DNA of 64,000 bases from Haemophilus sp. (GTDB taxonomy: Bacteria > Pseudomonadota > Gammaproteobacteria > Enterobacterales > Pasteurellaceae), in contig JAHZCF010000066.1 of the NCBI GenBank assembly GCA_019423005.1, positions 750 to 64,749 on the forward strand. The letters are read 5' to 3'. The notes beneath the pieces were generated by a model. It saw only the letters and a program-made list of their open reading frames with translations. It searched no databases and was not told where the DNA came from. Below, piece by piece: positions 1-11,970 of the stretch. Position 1 is the stretch's first letter. Every line of letters begins with the position of its first letter. The position numbers and the translations under genes are program-made.

Positions 1-492
1 TAGCATTAACGCGAGCACTAAAATAAAAGCAGCAATCATCACAAAGAATAACACGCGATTGATTTTATCCACACTGTGTGTGCCGATGACAATAAAACTA
101 CCGAAGAAAATGGTGAATACAAGCACCGCGATTTTGTTCATGGTGTCTTTATCGCCCATGGCTGGGAGTAAATCCATTAATAAGGAACCACCACCACTCA
201 CGTAAGCGGCAATTAAGGCATATAAGAAGACAATTAAAACAGCAGTGGAAATAATTCGCCCTGCTTTACCAAAATATTGTGCAGCAAGTGTGCCGATCCC
301 TGCATCGCTGTCAGCAGTTTGATACAGTTCAACGAATAAAAGTGCGGTGAAAGTAAGCACTGCCCATAAGCCAAGTAATAAGAAAACAGTCGCAGTTAAG
401 CCAATCCCTGCAGAGGTGAGTGGCATTGCCAACATCCCCGCCCCAATCATGGTTCCTGCAACAAGTAAGGTACTTCCCACGGTCTTGTTCAT
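1..492 (-). CDS. tyrP: Tyrosine/aromatic amino acid permease (HAAAP family), runs off the window edge
   Basis: Minus-strand translation from the ATG at 490-492 gives MNKTVGSTLLVAGTMIGAGMLAMPLTSAGIG, a typical TyrP/Mtr N-terminus; not in the ORF track. Confidence 0.85.
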   Translation of the reverse strand, partial: MNKTVGSTLLVAGTMIGAGMLAMPLTSAGIGLTATVFLLLGLWAVLTFTALLFVELYQTADSDAGIGTLAAQYFGKAGRIISTAVLIVFLYALIAAYVSGGGSLLMDLLPAMGDKDTMNKIAVLVFTIFFGSFIVIGTHSVDKINRVLFFVMIAAFILVLALML

Positions 493-508
493 TTTATCTT
501 CCTTAGGT

Positions 509-570
509 TGTAATAATAAATTTACAATGATTGTATTTTAATTTTTACAGTGTGTAAAGTAGGGAAAACA
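509..570. promoter_or_regulatory. Three TyrR-box-like palindromes upstream of tyrP
   Basis: TGTAATAATAAATTTACA (509-526), TGTATTTTAATTTTTACA (532-549) and TGTAAAGTAGGGAAAACA (553-570) versus consensus TGTAAA-N6-TTTACA. Confidence 0.7.
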
Positions 571-668
571 AAATTCTTCTACAAAATGTACGGTAGAAAT
601 GACCGCACTTTCCCGATAAAATAGCCGGCAAATCAATTAAGACAAGAGACAATAGTAGGAGAGCGCTT

Positions 669-1532
669 ATGATTTATAGTATGACAGCTTTTGCACGCCT
701 TGAAATCAAGAAAGATTGGGGCGATGCAGTTTGGGAAATTCGTTCGGTTAACCAACGTTATTTGGAAAACTTTTTCCGCTTGCCAGAGCAATTTAGAGGC
801 TTGGAAAATGCTTTGCGTGAGAAACTTCGTCAAAATCTCACTCGCGGTAAAATTGAATGTTCGTTGCGTATTGATAGCAAAAAACAAGCGGCGGCTGAGC
901 TCAATTTAAATAAAGAATTAGCGAATCAAGTTATCCAATCTTTACAATGGATTAAGTCGCAAGCTGGCGAGGGCGAAATCAATTTAACGGATGTATTGCG
1001 TTATCCTGGCGTGGTGGAAGCGGCTGAGCAAGATTTAGATGCCATCAGTCAAGATTTGTTGACAGCTTTTGATGAATTGTTGGTGGAATTTATTGCAATG
1101 CGTGGACGTGAGGGCGAAAAATTGCAAGCCATTATTCAACAACGTCTTGATGGTATTACGGTAGAAGCTGAAAAAGTGCGGTCACAAATGCCGGCGGTTT
1201 TACAATGGCAGCGTGAACGTTTATTACAACGTTTTGAAGAAGCGAAGATTCAACTAGATCCACAACGAGTCGAACAAGAAATGATTTTACTGGCACAACG
1301 TGTGGACGTGGCGGAAGAATTAGATCGTCTGCAAATGCACGTGAAAGAAACCAATAATATCTTGAAAAAAGGTGGGGCAGTGGGACGTAAACTGGATTTT
1401 ATGATGCAAGAGCTGAATCGTGAATCGAACACGTTGGCATCTAAATCCATTAATGCAGATATCACCGCTTCTGCCGTGGAATTAAAAGTATTAATCGAAC
1501 AAATGCGTGAGCAAATTCAAAACCTTGAATAG
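669..1532 (+). CDS. yicC: YicC/YloC family endoribonuclease
   Basis: MIYSMTAFAR N-terminus; GRKLDFMMQELNRESNTLASK and EQMREQIQNLE C-terminal motifs. Confidence 0.93.
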   Translation: MIYSMTAFARLEIKKDWGDAVWEIRSVNQRYLENFFRLPEQFRGLENALREKLRQNLTRGKIECSLRIDSKKQAAAELNLNKELANQVIQSLQWIKSQAGEGEINLTDVLRYPGVVEAAEQDLDAISQDLLTAFDELLVEFIAMRGREGEKLQAIIQQRLDGITVEAEKVRSQMPAVLQWQRERLLQRFEEAKIQLDPQRVEQEMILLAQRVDVAEELDRLQMHVKETNNILKKGGAVGRKLDFMMQELNRESNTLASKSINADITASAVELKVLIEQMREQIQNLE

Positions 1533-1540
1533 GAAAAATC

Positions 1541-2380
1541 ATGGCAACATTTATTTCATTAAACCACTATGATTTGGTGGAAGTGGCGGGCGTAGATGCG
1601 GAGAAATATCTGCAAGGCCAATTAACTTGTGATGTGGTGCATTTGGCAGCAGACGCTTCAACGCTTACAGCGCATTGTGATCCTAAAGGCAAAATGAATT
1701 CGTTGTTCCGCTTAATTAAGCTTTCAGCAGAGCAGTTTTTGATTTTAATGCCGAAAAATTTATTTGCGCCACTCGATCATCTAAAAAAATATGCCGTGTT
1801 TTCAAAAGTGACATTTCAAGTATTGGATTGGCAAATTGTCGGCTTAATTGGTGAAAAGTGCGGTCGAATTCAAGCACAAATCACCTTGGATATTGATGAA
1901 AATCGAGCAATTTTGATCAATCCTACACCCTTAGATGTCACCTTGAATGGCGATGAAAAACAATGGCTTTGTGCGGATATTCAAGCGGGCTTACCAAGCT
2001 TGAGTGCGGAAACACAAAATGAATTTATCCCGCAGGCATTAAATCTACAAGCGATTGAACAAGCGATTTCTTTTACTAAAGGCTGTTATATCGGGCAAGA
2101 AACTGTCGCGCGAGCCAAATATCGTGGTGCCAATAAACGTGCGATGTATGTGCTTTCGGGGGAAACCACGGTTACACCGAAAATCGGTAGCGAAATAGAA
2201 ATGCAGTTAGAAACAGCTTGGCGTAAAACCGGTACGATCGTAAGTGCGGTCAATTTTGACGGCGTTTTATGGTTACACGTGGTGATGAATAACGATTTAG
2301 AAGAAGGGACGCATTTCCGTTTACCTGAAGATGGAACCGTTCTGAAAATTGAACCATTACCTTATTCCATCAATAGCTAA
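1541..2380 (+). CDS. ygfZ: Folate-binding Fe-S cluster repair/tRNA modification protein YgfZ
   Basis: KGCYIGQE signature; YLQGQLTCDV. Confidence 0.92.
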   Translation: MATFISLNHYDLVEVAGVDAEKYLQGQLTCDVVHLAADASTLTAHCDPKGKMNSLFRLIKLSAEQFLILMPKNLFAPLDHLKKYAVFSKVTFQVLDWQIVGLIGEKCGRIQAQITLDIDENRAILINPTPLDVTLNGDEKQWLCADIQAGLPSLSAETQNEFIPQALNLQAIEQAISFTKGCYIGQETVARAKYRGANKRAMYVLSGETTVTPKIGSEIEMQLETAWRKTGTIVSAVNFDGVLWLHVVMNNDLEEGTHFRLPEDGTVLKIEPLPYSINS

Positions 2381-2506
2381 AAAGCGATTTAGTCATTGAT
2401 GCTTTATAAGCATCATTAATGATGAAAAGAGAGAACCGCAATGTTCTCTCTTTTTTTATTTTTTTAAAATCCGCTATAATTCTGAAAAACTCACGAATTG
2501 AACACT

Positions 2507-3625
2507 ATGACTTATTATCTTGGCATTATGTCCGGCACTAGCCTTGACGGGGTGGATATTGCCCTTACTGACATCCAATCGAATCAAACCAAATTAATTG
2601 CTGCAGATTTTACGCCGATGCCGGCAAATTTACGCGAAAAAGTGACCGCACTTATTCAATCTGGTGAAACATCATTACAAGCATTGGGTGAGCTCGATCA
2701 TCAATTTGGCTTGCTTTATGCCGATTGCGTAAATGCCTTTTTATGTAAACACCAGTTAAAGCCAGAACAGATTGAAGCCATTGGCTGTCATGGGCAAACA
2801 GTGTGGCATTCCCCAAAAGGTCAATTTCCGTTTACCATGCAAATCGGTGATATGAATTTATTAGCCGCTAAAACAGGTATTACGGTTGTTGGTGATTTGC
2901 GCCGTAAAGATATGGCGTTTGGTGGACAAGGGGCGCCTTTAGTACCCGCTTTTCATCAAGCGGTATTTTTTGATCCTAACTGGGCAACGGTGGTGCTTAA
3001 TATTGGCGGTATTAGCAATATATCGTTATTGATACCCGAACAGCCTGTCATTGGCTTTGATACGGGAACCGGTAATGCCTTGCTCGACCAATGGATCGAA
3101 AAACATCAAGGCAAAGCTTACGACAAAAATGGTGAATGGGCGGCTTCAGGTCAAGTGAATCCAGATTTGTTAGCGGTATTATTAGATGAAGATTTCTTTC
3201 AGCTTCCACCACCGAAAAGCACGGGGCGTGAATTATTTAATTTGGCTTGGCTAGAGAATAAAATTCAAAAAATAACAGGCAAAACGACCGCACTTTTACC
3301 ACAAGATGTGCAAGCCACCTTGGCTGAATTTACCGTGCAAAGTATTGTATTAGCCCTTAATAATATTCAGACGACATTACCATGCAGATTACTTGTTTGT
3401 GGCGGAGGTGCTAAAAATCAGGTGATCATGAATGGTTTAAAACAGGCATTACTAAATTGGCGTATTCAACTGACGACGGAATTAGAACTTGATATCGATT
3501 ATGTGGAAGCGGCAGCTTTTGCTTGGTTGGCCTATCGTCGTATGCATAATTTGCCCGCTAATTTACCGAGTGTGACGGGTGCCACAAGTGCGGTCAGTTT
3601 AGGGGCGATTTTTCCAAAGGAATAA
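2507..3625 (+). CDS. anmK: Anhydro-N-acetylmuramic acid kinase
   Basis: [18 protein letters not shown] and GGQGAPLVP motifs; adjacent to murQ. Confidence 0.95.
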   Translation: MTYYLGIMSGTSLDGVDIALTDIQSNQTKLIAADFTPMPANLREKVTALIQSGETSLQALGELDHQFGLLYADCVNAFLCKHQLKPEQIEAIGCHGQTVWHSPKGQFPFTMQIGDMNLLAAKTGITVVGDLRRKDMAFGGQGAPLVPAFHQAVFFDPNWATVVLNIGGISNISLLIPEQPVIGFDTGTGNALLDQWIEKHQGKAYDKNGEWAASGQVNPDLLAVLLDEDFFQLPPPKSTGRELFNLAWLENKIQKITGKTTALLPQDVQATLAEFTVQSIVLALNNIQTTLPCRLLVCGGGAKNQVIMNGLKQALLNWRIQLTTELELDIDYVEAAAFAWLAYRRMHNLPANLPSVTGATSAVSLGAIFPKE

Positions 3626-4537
<912 letters not shown>

Positions 4538-4544
4538 GCAAAAA

Positions 4545-4578
4545 TAAAACGCTAGGCATCAAACCTAGCGTTTTTTAT
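4545..4578. terminator. Bidirectional intrinsic terminator between murQ and the phosphomutase
   Basis: aaaacgctagg-catcaaa-cctagcgtttt inverted repeat with A and T tracts. Confidence 0.8.
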
Positions 4579-4597
4579 TATTTAATAGTTTTCTCAA

Positions 4598-6256
4598 TTA
4601 GCAATCTTGTTTGCCGTAAGCATTTTGACGAAGGATTTGACGAACACCTTCATCAAATTGTGCTAAAACTTGATCGGCGTCTTTTGGATCTTTACCGCGC
4701 GCATCAAGATAGAACTTGATTTTCGGTTCAGTACCAGATGGACGAACGATTAAGCGGCTACCGTTTTCTAGTACGAATACGAGGATGTCGCTTTGACGAT
4801 CAGTTTTAGTGTGGTCGATGAATTGTGCCACTTTAACACCACCTACTTCTGCTGGAGGCGTGTTGCGAAGTGCGGCCATTAATTTACCAATTTCAGATAA
4901 ATCGCTTACACGAATAGAAATTTGACCACTTACATAAGCACCGAATTCTTGCGTGAAGTCATTGGCGTAATCCGCTAAGGTTTTGCCTTGTGCTTTTAAG
5001 TGACGCACTAAATCTAAGAACACGATAGCTGCAGAAATACCATCTTTATCGCGTACTTTATCAGGATCAACTAAGTAACCAAGCGCTTCTTCGAAACCGA
5101 ATAATAAGCCTTGAACTTTACCGATGTATTTGAAACCGGTTAAGGTTTCTTCTGATTGGAAGCCGTATTTTTTCGCAATTTCAGCAAGCGCTGGAGAAGA
5201 TACTAAAGAACACGCTAATACGCCTTTCTCACCTTTTGCATGGTATTGTTTTGCTAAATACCAACCCAAGAAACAACCTACTACGTTACCGTGTAAAGGT
5301 TTCCAGTTACCTTCTGCATCTGGAACAGCCACTGCTAAACGGTCTGCATCAGGGTCATTGGCAATAATGAATTCTGCATTGTGTTCTTTTGCTACTTTAA
5401 TCGCTAAATCTAATGCACCTTTTTCTTCTGGGTTAGGGAAGTTTACTGTTGGGAATGTGCCATCTGGCCATACTTGTTCTGCCACAATGTGAGGTTGTGG
5501 AAGACCTGCTTTTGTTAAGGTTTTGCTTAATACTTCATAGCCTACACCGTGCATTGCGGTATAAACGTAGTTAATGTCTGCTTTAGGTTCTTTAGCAAGA
5601 GAAGCGGTTTTTTCGATATAAGCATTAACTACTTCATCATCTAACACCACATAATCTTGGCTACGTGGTAAATCTTTTACGTTACCCGCAGCGACTTTAT
5701 CGATTAATGCGGCGATATCTTTGTCAGCAGGCGAAACGATTTGGCCACCGCCATTCGCTTTACCTAAGTAAACTTTATAGCCGTTATCTTCCGGTGGGTT
5801 GTGACTTGCAGTCACCATGACACCAGCAGTGGTATCAAAATATTGGATCGCGTAAGCTAATACTGGAGTGGGTAATTTACGTGGAAGTAAGTAAGCTTTC
5901 ACGCCTGCACCCGCCATGATTTCAGCAGTATCACGAGCGAAAACATCAGAGTTTTTACGACCATCGTAACCAATCACGATAGAAGGTTGTTTGTCGTAAT
6001 CTTTTAAATAATCCGCTAAACCACCTGCTGCTTGTGCTACTAAAACACGGTTCATCCCCATAGGGCCTGCTTGTAATGGTCCACGAAGCCCAGCGGTACC
6101 AAATTGTAAACGGCCACTAAAGCGAGCTTGTAATTCAGATTGTGCTTTTTCATCACCATTTTTCGCCGCCGTTAAAAGTGCGGTTAATTCTGCGTGAGTT
6201 TCTGCATCAGGATCTTGATTTAACCAGTTTTGTGCAATATCAAAAAGCGTTGTCAT
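4598..6256 (-). CDS. Phospho-sugar mutase (phosphoglucomutase/phosphomannomutase)
   Basis: FGTAGLRG, TASHNP active site, DPDADR metal loop, RPSGTEPKIK. Confidence 0.9.
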   Translation of the reverse strand: MTTLFDIAQNWLNQDPDAETHAELTALLTAAKNGDEKAQSELQARFSGRLQFGTAGLRGPLQAGPMGMNRVLVAQAAGGLADYLKDYDKQPSIVIGYDGRKNSDVFARDTAEIMAGAGVKAYLLPRKLPTPVLAYAIQYFDTTAGVMVTASHNPPEDNGYKVYLGKANGGGQIVSPADKDIAALIDKVAAGNVKDLPRSQDYVVLDDEVVNAYIEKTASLAKEPKADINYVYTAMHGVGYEVLSKTLTKAGLPQPHIVAEQVWPDGTFPTVNFPNPEEKGALDLAIKVAKEHNAEFIIANDPDADRLAVAVPDAEGNWKPLHGNVVGCFLGWYLAKQYHAKGEKGVLACSLVSSPALAEIAKKYGFQSEETLTGFKYIGKVQGLLFGFEEALGYLVDPDKVRDKDGISAAIVFLDLVRHLKAQGKTLADYANDFTQEFGAYVSGQISIRVSDLSEIGKLMAALRNTPPAEVGGVKVAQFIDHTKTDRQSDILVFVLENGSRLIVRPSGTEPKIKFYLDARGKDPKDADQVLAQFDEGVRQILRQNAYGKQDC

Positions 6257-6446
6257 GATGTTTTCTCCTTGTAAAAACTAACTCTTGTTAGACTAGCTGA
6301 AAATGACTTTAATTTAAATGACTATTTTGCTTTTTTACTGAAAATTTAAGCTTTTTTTGATCGCAACCGTTTTCTCTTGATATAAAAAAGGCGTAAAAAA
6401 TATTTACGCCGTGAGAGTGATATAAATTTATATAAAATAATAAAAA

Positions 6447-7016
6447 TTAGAGAAGAAGGGCTGAACCCCATTTAATAATATCAAAGAAGAATTTGTTTTG
6501 ATTGGTGGCAATACCATCACCGGTTTTCTTCAATGTGCCATCATCATTTTTCGTTTCATCTACCATGCCATTTACATACTGGCCTTTCACCACATCTAAG
6601 TCTTCTTTTGCCTGAGTACGTAAGATTTGGCAAGCTTTTGGCTCTAATGCATCGACATCACCAAGTTCTGCGCGGAATTTCTTAAATTGATAGGTCGCGT
6701 AGTTCATCGATTTTTCATCTTTTTGAATCATTTTTACATAGTCTTCACCGATGATTTTTTCTAACGGATAGAAAAAGACATATTGGGAATGAATATAGCT
6801 ATCTTCTTTGGCAAAATGTTGTTGCTGAATGCGAGTTAAATTTGGATAGATACATTGTTCAGCTTGTTTACTTGCTACAGCCCATGTTTTCGCATTGGCA
6901 TCAGACAGGAGATAGTCTGCTTGTGCGAATTCAGCAGGAATAGTTGATTGTGATGAACCAAATAAACTACAAGCATTTAATAACATGATGCTACTTAAAA
7001 AAATAATTTTTTTCAC
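6447..7016 (-). CDS. Conserved Pasteurellaceae lipoprotein, function unknown
   Basis: GTG start; lipobox LNAC after a hydrophobic signal. Confidence 0.75.
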   Translation of the reverse strand: MKKIIFLSSIMLLNACSLFGSSQSTIPAEFAQADYLLSDANAKTWAVASKQAEQCIYPNLTRIQQQHFAKEDSYIHSQYVFFYPLEKIIGEDYVKMIQKDEKSMNYATYQFKKFRAELGDVDALEPKACQILRTQAKEDLDVVKGQYVNGMVDETKNDDGTLKKTGDGIATNQNKFFFDIIKWGSALLL

Positions 7017-7160
7017 TTAAATTTCCTTACTAAAGTTGGAATGGCGGAATTTTAACAATAACGACATAATTGTAAAGTCTTCAATAATTGATTTTCTTTC
7101 CCGAACTAAAAAACTTCCGCTATAATGACCGCACTTTTTACACTTATAAAGGAAAGAACA

Positions 7161-8018
7161 ATGCAAAATCCAAAAGATGATGTTTTATATGCACCAGTTG
7201 AGTGGGTTGATCATAGCGAAGGCTATACCGATATTCGTTTCCACAAATCGACTGATGGTATTGCAAAAATCACCATTAATCGTCCAGAAGTGCGCAATGC
7301 ATTTCGTCCGCAAACAATCAAAGAAATGATCCATGCATTTTCTAACGCGCGTTTCGATGAAAAAATTGGCGTGATTGTGTTAACCGGTGAAGGCGAAAAA
7401 GCATTCTGTTCTGGTGGCGACCAAAAAATTCGTGGTGACTACGGCGGTTACAAAGATGAAAGCGGTGTACATCACTTAAATGTATTGGATTTCCAACGTG
7501 ATATTCGTACTTGTCCAAAACCAGTGGTGGCAATGGTCGCAGGTTATGCGATCGGTGGTGGTCACGTACTTCATATGTTATGTGATTTAACCATTGCGGC
7601 AGACAATGCGATTTTCGGTCAAACTGGACCCAAAGTTGGTTCATTTGATGGTGGCTGGGGCGCAAGCTATATGGCGCGTTTAGTGGGTCAGAAAAAAGCC
7701 CGCGAAATTTGGTTCTTATGCCGTCAATATAATGCGCAAGAAGCATTAGATATGGGCTTAGTGAATACTGTCGTGCCTTATGCTGATTTAGAAAAAGAAA
7801 CCGTGCGTTGGTGTCGTGAAATGTTACGTAACAGCCCAATTGCATTACGTTGCTTGAAAGCTGCATTAAATGCAGACTGTGATGGCCAATCTGGTTTACA
7901 AGAACTCGCGGGTAACGCAACCATGTTGTTCTATATGACTGAAGAAGGTCAAGAAGGTCGTAACGCGTTTAACGAAAAACGCGCACCAGACTTCAGCAAA
8001 TTCAGACGCAATCCTTAA
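7161..8018 (+). CDS. menB: 1,4-dihydroxy-2-naphthoyl-CoA synthase
   Basis: [29 protein letters not shown]. Confidence 0.96.
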   Translation: MQNPKDDVLYAPVEWVDHSEGYTDIRFHKSTDGIAKITINRPEVRNAFRPQTIKEMIHAFSNARFDEKIGVIVLTGEGEKAFCSGGDQKIRGDYGGYKDESGVHHLNVLDFQRDIRTCPKPVVAMVAGYAIGGGHVLHMLCDLTIAADNAIFGQTGPKVGSFDGGWGASYMARLVGQKKAREIWFLCRQYNAQEALDMGLVNTVVPYADLEKETVRWCREMLRNSPIALRCLKAALNADCDGQSGLQELAGNATMLFYMTEEGQEGRNAFNEKRAPDFSKFRRNP

Positions 8019-8027
8019 TTTGAACAT

Positions 8028-8069
8028 AAAAGTGCGGTTAAAAATCAGTGTGTTTTTAACCGCACTTTT
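8028..8069. terminator. Inverted pair of uptake signal sequences forming a hairpin
   Basis: aaaagtgcggttaaaaa...tttttaaccgcactttt. Confidence 0.75.
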
Positions 8070-8087
8070 GTCATCAAGGAGAATAAG

Positions 8088-9077
8088 ATGGAAACCAAAT
8101 CATTTAATCTTTATCGTTATTCTATTCCCGTTGATAGTCAGTTAATCTTGCGTGGGCGTTTTTTAAAACGTCGAGAAGGCTTGATTGTACGTGTTGCCTG
8201 TAGCCGTGATGGATGGGGAGAAATTGCACCTTTACCTGGGTTTAGCGAAGAAACTATCGAACAAGCGCAAGAGCAAGCCATTGAATGGCTGACAAATTGG
8301 TGTCATGCAAGCTGCGAAGCACCAAGAGTGCCCCTTGATGGTTGTTATCCTTCCGTTGCTTTCGGTATTAGCACGGCGATGGATGAGATGAAGCGTTATT
8401 TAAATGAGGAAGGCAACTATCATACTGCACCGTTGTGCTATGGCGATCCTGATGAGTTGTATGCGGAACTGAATCAAATGCCCGGTGACAAAGTGGCTAA
8501 AATTAAAGTCGGTATGTATGAAGCGAATCGTGATGGTTTGATTACGGATATGTTTCTTGAAGCTATTCCTGATTTGCAATTACGTCTAGATGCGAATCGT
8601 CAATGGACCTTGGAAAAGGCATTAAAATTTGCGGAGAAAGTAAAACCACAACATCGTTCTCGTATTCAATTTTTGGAAGAACCTTGTAAAACACGTGAAG
8701 AGAGCCGCCAATTTGCTACTCAAACAGGCATTAATATTGCTTGGGATGAAAGTGTACGTGAGCCAGATTTTCTTGTAGAAAAAGAACCGCACTTAAGCGC
8801 CATTGTGATTAAACCAACATTGATTGGCTCGTTGCAAGATTGTCAAAAGCTGATTGCTCAAGCGCATAGTTTAGGCATAAAAGCAGTGATCAGCTCGAGC
8901 CTTGAAAGTAGTCTTGGATTGACGCAACTCGCTCGTATTGCGGCACAGTATACGCCTAATGTAACTCCAGGATTGGATACCCTGAATTTAATGCAACATC
9001 AGGTATTACGTGCATGGCCAGGCTCAGATTTACCGTTAATTGATTTGAATTCAGAATTTATTACCAAAATTGCATAG
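8088..9077 (+). CDS. menC: o-succinylbenzoate synthase
   Basis: [21 protein letters not shown] and EEP enolase-superfamily motifs; follows menB. Confidence 0.93.
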   Translation: METKSFNLYRYSIPVDSQLILRGRFLKRREGLIVRVACSRDGWGEIAPLPGFSEETIEQAQEQAIEWLTNWCHASCEAPRVPLDGCYPSVAFGISTAMDEMKRYLNEEGNYHTAPLCYGDPDELYAELNQMPGDKVAKIKVGMYEANRDGLITDMFLEAIPDLQLRLDANRQWTLEKALKFAEKVKPQHRSRIQFLEEPCKTREESRQFATQTGINIAWDESVREPDFLVEKEPHLSAIVIKPTLIGSLQDCQKLIAQAHSLGIKAVISSSLESSLGLTQLARIAAQYTPNVTPGLDTLNLMQHQVLRAWPGSDLPLIDLNSEFITKIA

Positions 9078-9137
9078 AGATACGACCACCATTACATAAA
9101 AAATCGCTATAATTCGCACAAGTTAAAGGATGTGAAA

Positions 9138-9590
9138 ATGTCAAAAAAATTCAATATTTTGCTGTTAAATGGCCCGAACTTAAATATGTTGGGCGCAAGA
9201 GAGCCGAAACATTATGGTTCGCTTTCGTTATCTGCCATTGAAGAAAATGTGGCAAAACTTGCGTCGCAGCATGATGTGAATTTTGAGTGCTTTCAAGCAA
9301 ATAGCGAAGAAAAGTTAATTAATAAGATTCATCAAAGTTTTCAGAAAGTGGATTTTATTTTAGTTAACCCAGCAGCTTATACGCATACCAGTGTTGCATT
9401 GCGTGATGCGTTGCTTGCAGTGTCAATTCCTTTTGTTGAAATCCATTTGTCTAATGTGTATAAGCGCGAGCCATTCCGTCACCATTCTTACTTTAGTGAT
9501 GTGGCTGAAGGCGTGATTTGTGGCTTAGGTGCAAAAGGCTATGAGTTTGCGCTTCAATTTGCATTGGATTTTTTAAATAAAAAAGCATAA
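9138..9590 (+). CDS. aroQ: Type II 3-dehydroquinate dehydratase
   Basis: [30 protein letters not shown]. Confidence 0.95.
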   Translation: MSKKFNILLLNGPNLNMLGAREPKHYGSLSLSAIEENVAKLASQHDVNFECFQANSEEKLINKIHQSFQKVDFILVNPAAYTHTSVALRDALLAVSIPFVEIHLSNVYKREPFRHHSYFSDVAEGVICGLGAKGYEFALQFALDFLNKKA

Positions 9591-9749
9591 ATTTTCATAA
9601 AATTTACAGATTTTCGCAGAAATTTATCGCAAAGTTCGTGATTTTGCGGTAATCTTGCCGGCACAAAAACAGGTTTTAAAATGACCGCACTTTGGGAATC
9701 CATTCTGAAAGTGCGGTCAACAATTCATTATTATTTTTAGGAAGAACGT

Positions 9750-10214
9750 ATGGACATTCGTAAAATCAAAAAACTAATTGAATTAGTAGAAGAATCGGGT
9801 ATCACTGAATTAGAAGTGCAAGAAGAAGAAGGTACAGTACGTATTAGTCGTGCGGCACCAGCGGTTGCACCTGCTGCAATTCAATATGCAGCGGCGCCAG
9901 TCGCACCGGTTGCGGCTCCGGCAGCAGCGCCAGCACCTGCAGCGGCTGCACCTGCGGAAGCGCCTGCAGCTGAAATGTCTGGTCACCAAGTACGTTCACC
10001 AATGGTGGGTACATTCTATCGTAGCCCAAGTCCTGAAGCGAAAGCTTTCGTGGAAGTGGGACAAACAGTCAAAGTAGGTGATGCACTTTGTATCGTTGAA
10101 GCAATGAAAATGATGAACCGTATTGAAGCTGATAAAGCTGGTGTGGTTAAAGCAATCTTAGTAAATGATGGCGAAGCGGTTGAATTTGATCAACCATTGA
10201 TCGTTATCGAATAA
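9750..10214 (+). CDS. accB: Acetyl-CoA carboxylase biotin carboxyl carrier protein
   Basis: [16 protein letters not shown], Ala/Pro linker, EAMKM biotinylation motif. Confidence 0.97.
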   Translation: MDIRKIKKLIELVEESGITELEVQEEEGTVRISRAAPAVAPAAIQYAAAPVAPVAAPAAAPAPAAAAPAEAPAAEMSGHQVRSPMVGTFYRSPSPEAKAFVEVGQTVKVGDALCIVEAMKMMNRIEADKAGVVKAILVNDGEAVEFDQPLIVIE

Positions 10215-10274
10215 TCCCTATCAATCTGAAATGGCGAGCTTTCTCGCCATTTTTTCACCCAAGTGGAAATTGTT

Positions 10275-11621
10275 ATGTTAGAAAAAGTTGTGATTGCTAA
10301 CCGTGGTGAAATTGCACTGCGTATTTTGCGTGCCTGTAAAGAATTAGGCATTAAAACCGTGGCGGTTCACTCTACCGCTGATCGTGATTTAAAACACGTG
10401 TTACTTGCAGATGAAACAGTCTGTATTGGACCTGCTCCATCTGTAAAAAGTTATTTAAATATTCCAGCTATTATTGCAGCGGCAGAAGTAACTGGTGCGG
10501 ATGCTATTCACCCTGGTTATGGATTCCTTTCTGAAAATGCAGATTTTGCAGAGCAAGTTGAGCGTTCAGGCTTTACTTTTATCGGTCCAACAGCAGATGT
10601 CATTCGTTTAATGGGTGATAAAGTTTCTGCGATTAAGGCAATGAAAAAAGCGGGCGTGCCTTGTGTTCCAGGTTCTGATGGTCCTGTAGGCAGTGATATC
10701 GCGAAAAATAAAGAAATTGCAAAACGTATTGGTTATCCAATTATTATCAAAGCATCTGGCGGCGGCGGTGGTCGTGGTATGCGTGTCGTTCGTAGCGAAG
10801 ATGCACTTGAAGAATCAATTGCGATGACCAAAGCTGAAGCAAAAGCAGCATTTAATAATGACATGGTTTATATGGAAAAATATTTAGAAAATCCACGCCA
10901 TGTTGAAATTCAAGTTTTAGCGGATACACACGGTAATGCAATTTATCTTGCAGAGCGCGATTGTTCTATGCAACGTCGCCATCAAAAAGTCGTGGAAGAA
11001 GCGCCTGCGCCAGGTATTACCGAAGAAGTTCGTCGTGATATTGGTTCTCGCTGTGCGAAGGCTTGTGTTGAAATTGGCTATCGCGGTGCAGGTACATTTG
11101 AATTCTTATATGAAAATGGTGAGTTCTATTTCATCGAAATGAATACTCGTATTCAAGTAGAGCATCCAGTAACAGAAATGATTACTGGTGTGGATTTGGT
11201 GAAAGAACAATTGCGTATTGCAGCTGGTTTACCACTTTCTTATAAACAAGAAGATATTAAAGTGAAAGGTCATGCAATTGAGTGTCGTATCAATGCAGAA
11301 GATCCAAAAACATTCTTACCATCTCCAGGTAAAGTGGTACACTTACATTCACCAGGTGGTTTAGGTGTTCGTTGGGATTCACATGTGTATGGTGGTTATA
11401 CCGTTCCTCCGCATTATGATTCTATGATCGCAAAATTAATCACATACGGTGATACTCGTGATGTCGCAATCCGTCGTATGCAAAATGCATTATCAGAGAC
11501 GATCATTGACGGTATCAAAACAAATATCCCACTTCATGAACTCATTCTTGAAGATGAAAACTTCCAAAAAGGTGGTGCAAATATCCACTATTTAGAGAAG
11601 AAATTAGGGATGCATGATTAA
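10275..11621 (+). CDS. accC: Biotin carboxylase
   Basis: [26 protein letters not shown]. Confidence 0.97.
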   Translation: MLEKVVIANRGEIALRILRACKELGIKTVAVHSTADRDLKHVLLADETVCIGPAPSVKSYLNIPAIIAAAEVTGADAIHPGYGFLSENADFAEQVERSGFTFIGPTADVIRLMGDKVSAIKAMKKAGVPCVPGSDGPVGSDIAKNKEIAKRIGYPIIIKASGGGGGRGMRVVRSEDALEESIAMTKAEAKAAFNNDMVYMEKYLENPRHVEIQVLADTHGNAIYLAERDCSMQRRHQKVVEEAPAPGITEEVRRDIGSRCAKACVEIGYRGAGTFEFLYENGEFYFIEMNTRIQVEHPVTEMITGVDLVKEQLRIAAGLPLSYKQEDIKVKGHAIECRINAEDPKTFLPSPGKVVHLHSPGGLGVRWDSHVYGGYTVPPHYDSMIAKLITYGDTRDVAIRRMQNALSETIIDGIKTNIPLHELILEDENFQKGGANIHYLEKKLGMHD

Positions 11622-11715
11622 TTTATAATTTTCTAGGCAAAGGCAGAATATTTCTGCCTTTTTGTTTATCGTTGAATAATTATCTGACGGTAAAATTTTT
11701 TAATAGGAACTCAAA

Positions 11716-11970
11716 ATGGAACTTTCACAACGGTATAAGCAAGCAGCTAAGGAAGCTCGCTGGGCATTAGGTTTAGCAATTTTTTATGTGATTGGGTGGT
11801 GTATGTGCGCTTATCTCCCGAAAGATTCACCCGGGCCGATAGGTTTTCCGTTATGGTTTGAATTATCCTGTATTTATTTACCTATTTTGTTTGTGGTCAT
11901 TGGGTATTGGATTGTCAAAATTGTCTTTTTAGATATCCCGCTAGATGTTGAGTCAAAGGAGAATAAATAA
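11716..11970 (+). CDS. yhdT: YhdT/DUF997 family membrane protein
   Basis: RYKQAAKEARWAL, GFPLWFELSC; lies between accC and panF. Confidence 0.85.
   Translation: MELSQRYKQAAKEARWALGLAIFYVIGWCMCAYLPKDSPGPIGFPLWFELSCIYLPILFVVIGYWIVKIVFLDIPLDVESKENK

Noticed and set aside
7342..7920. 192-aa antisense ORF, and similar shadow ORFs such as 25830-26279 and 29847-30233
   Set aside because: They overlap well-conserved genes on the opposite strand and show no protein motifs.
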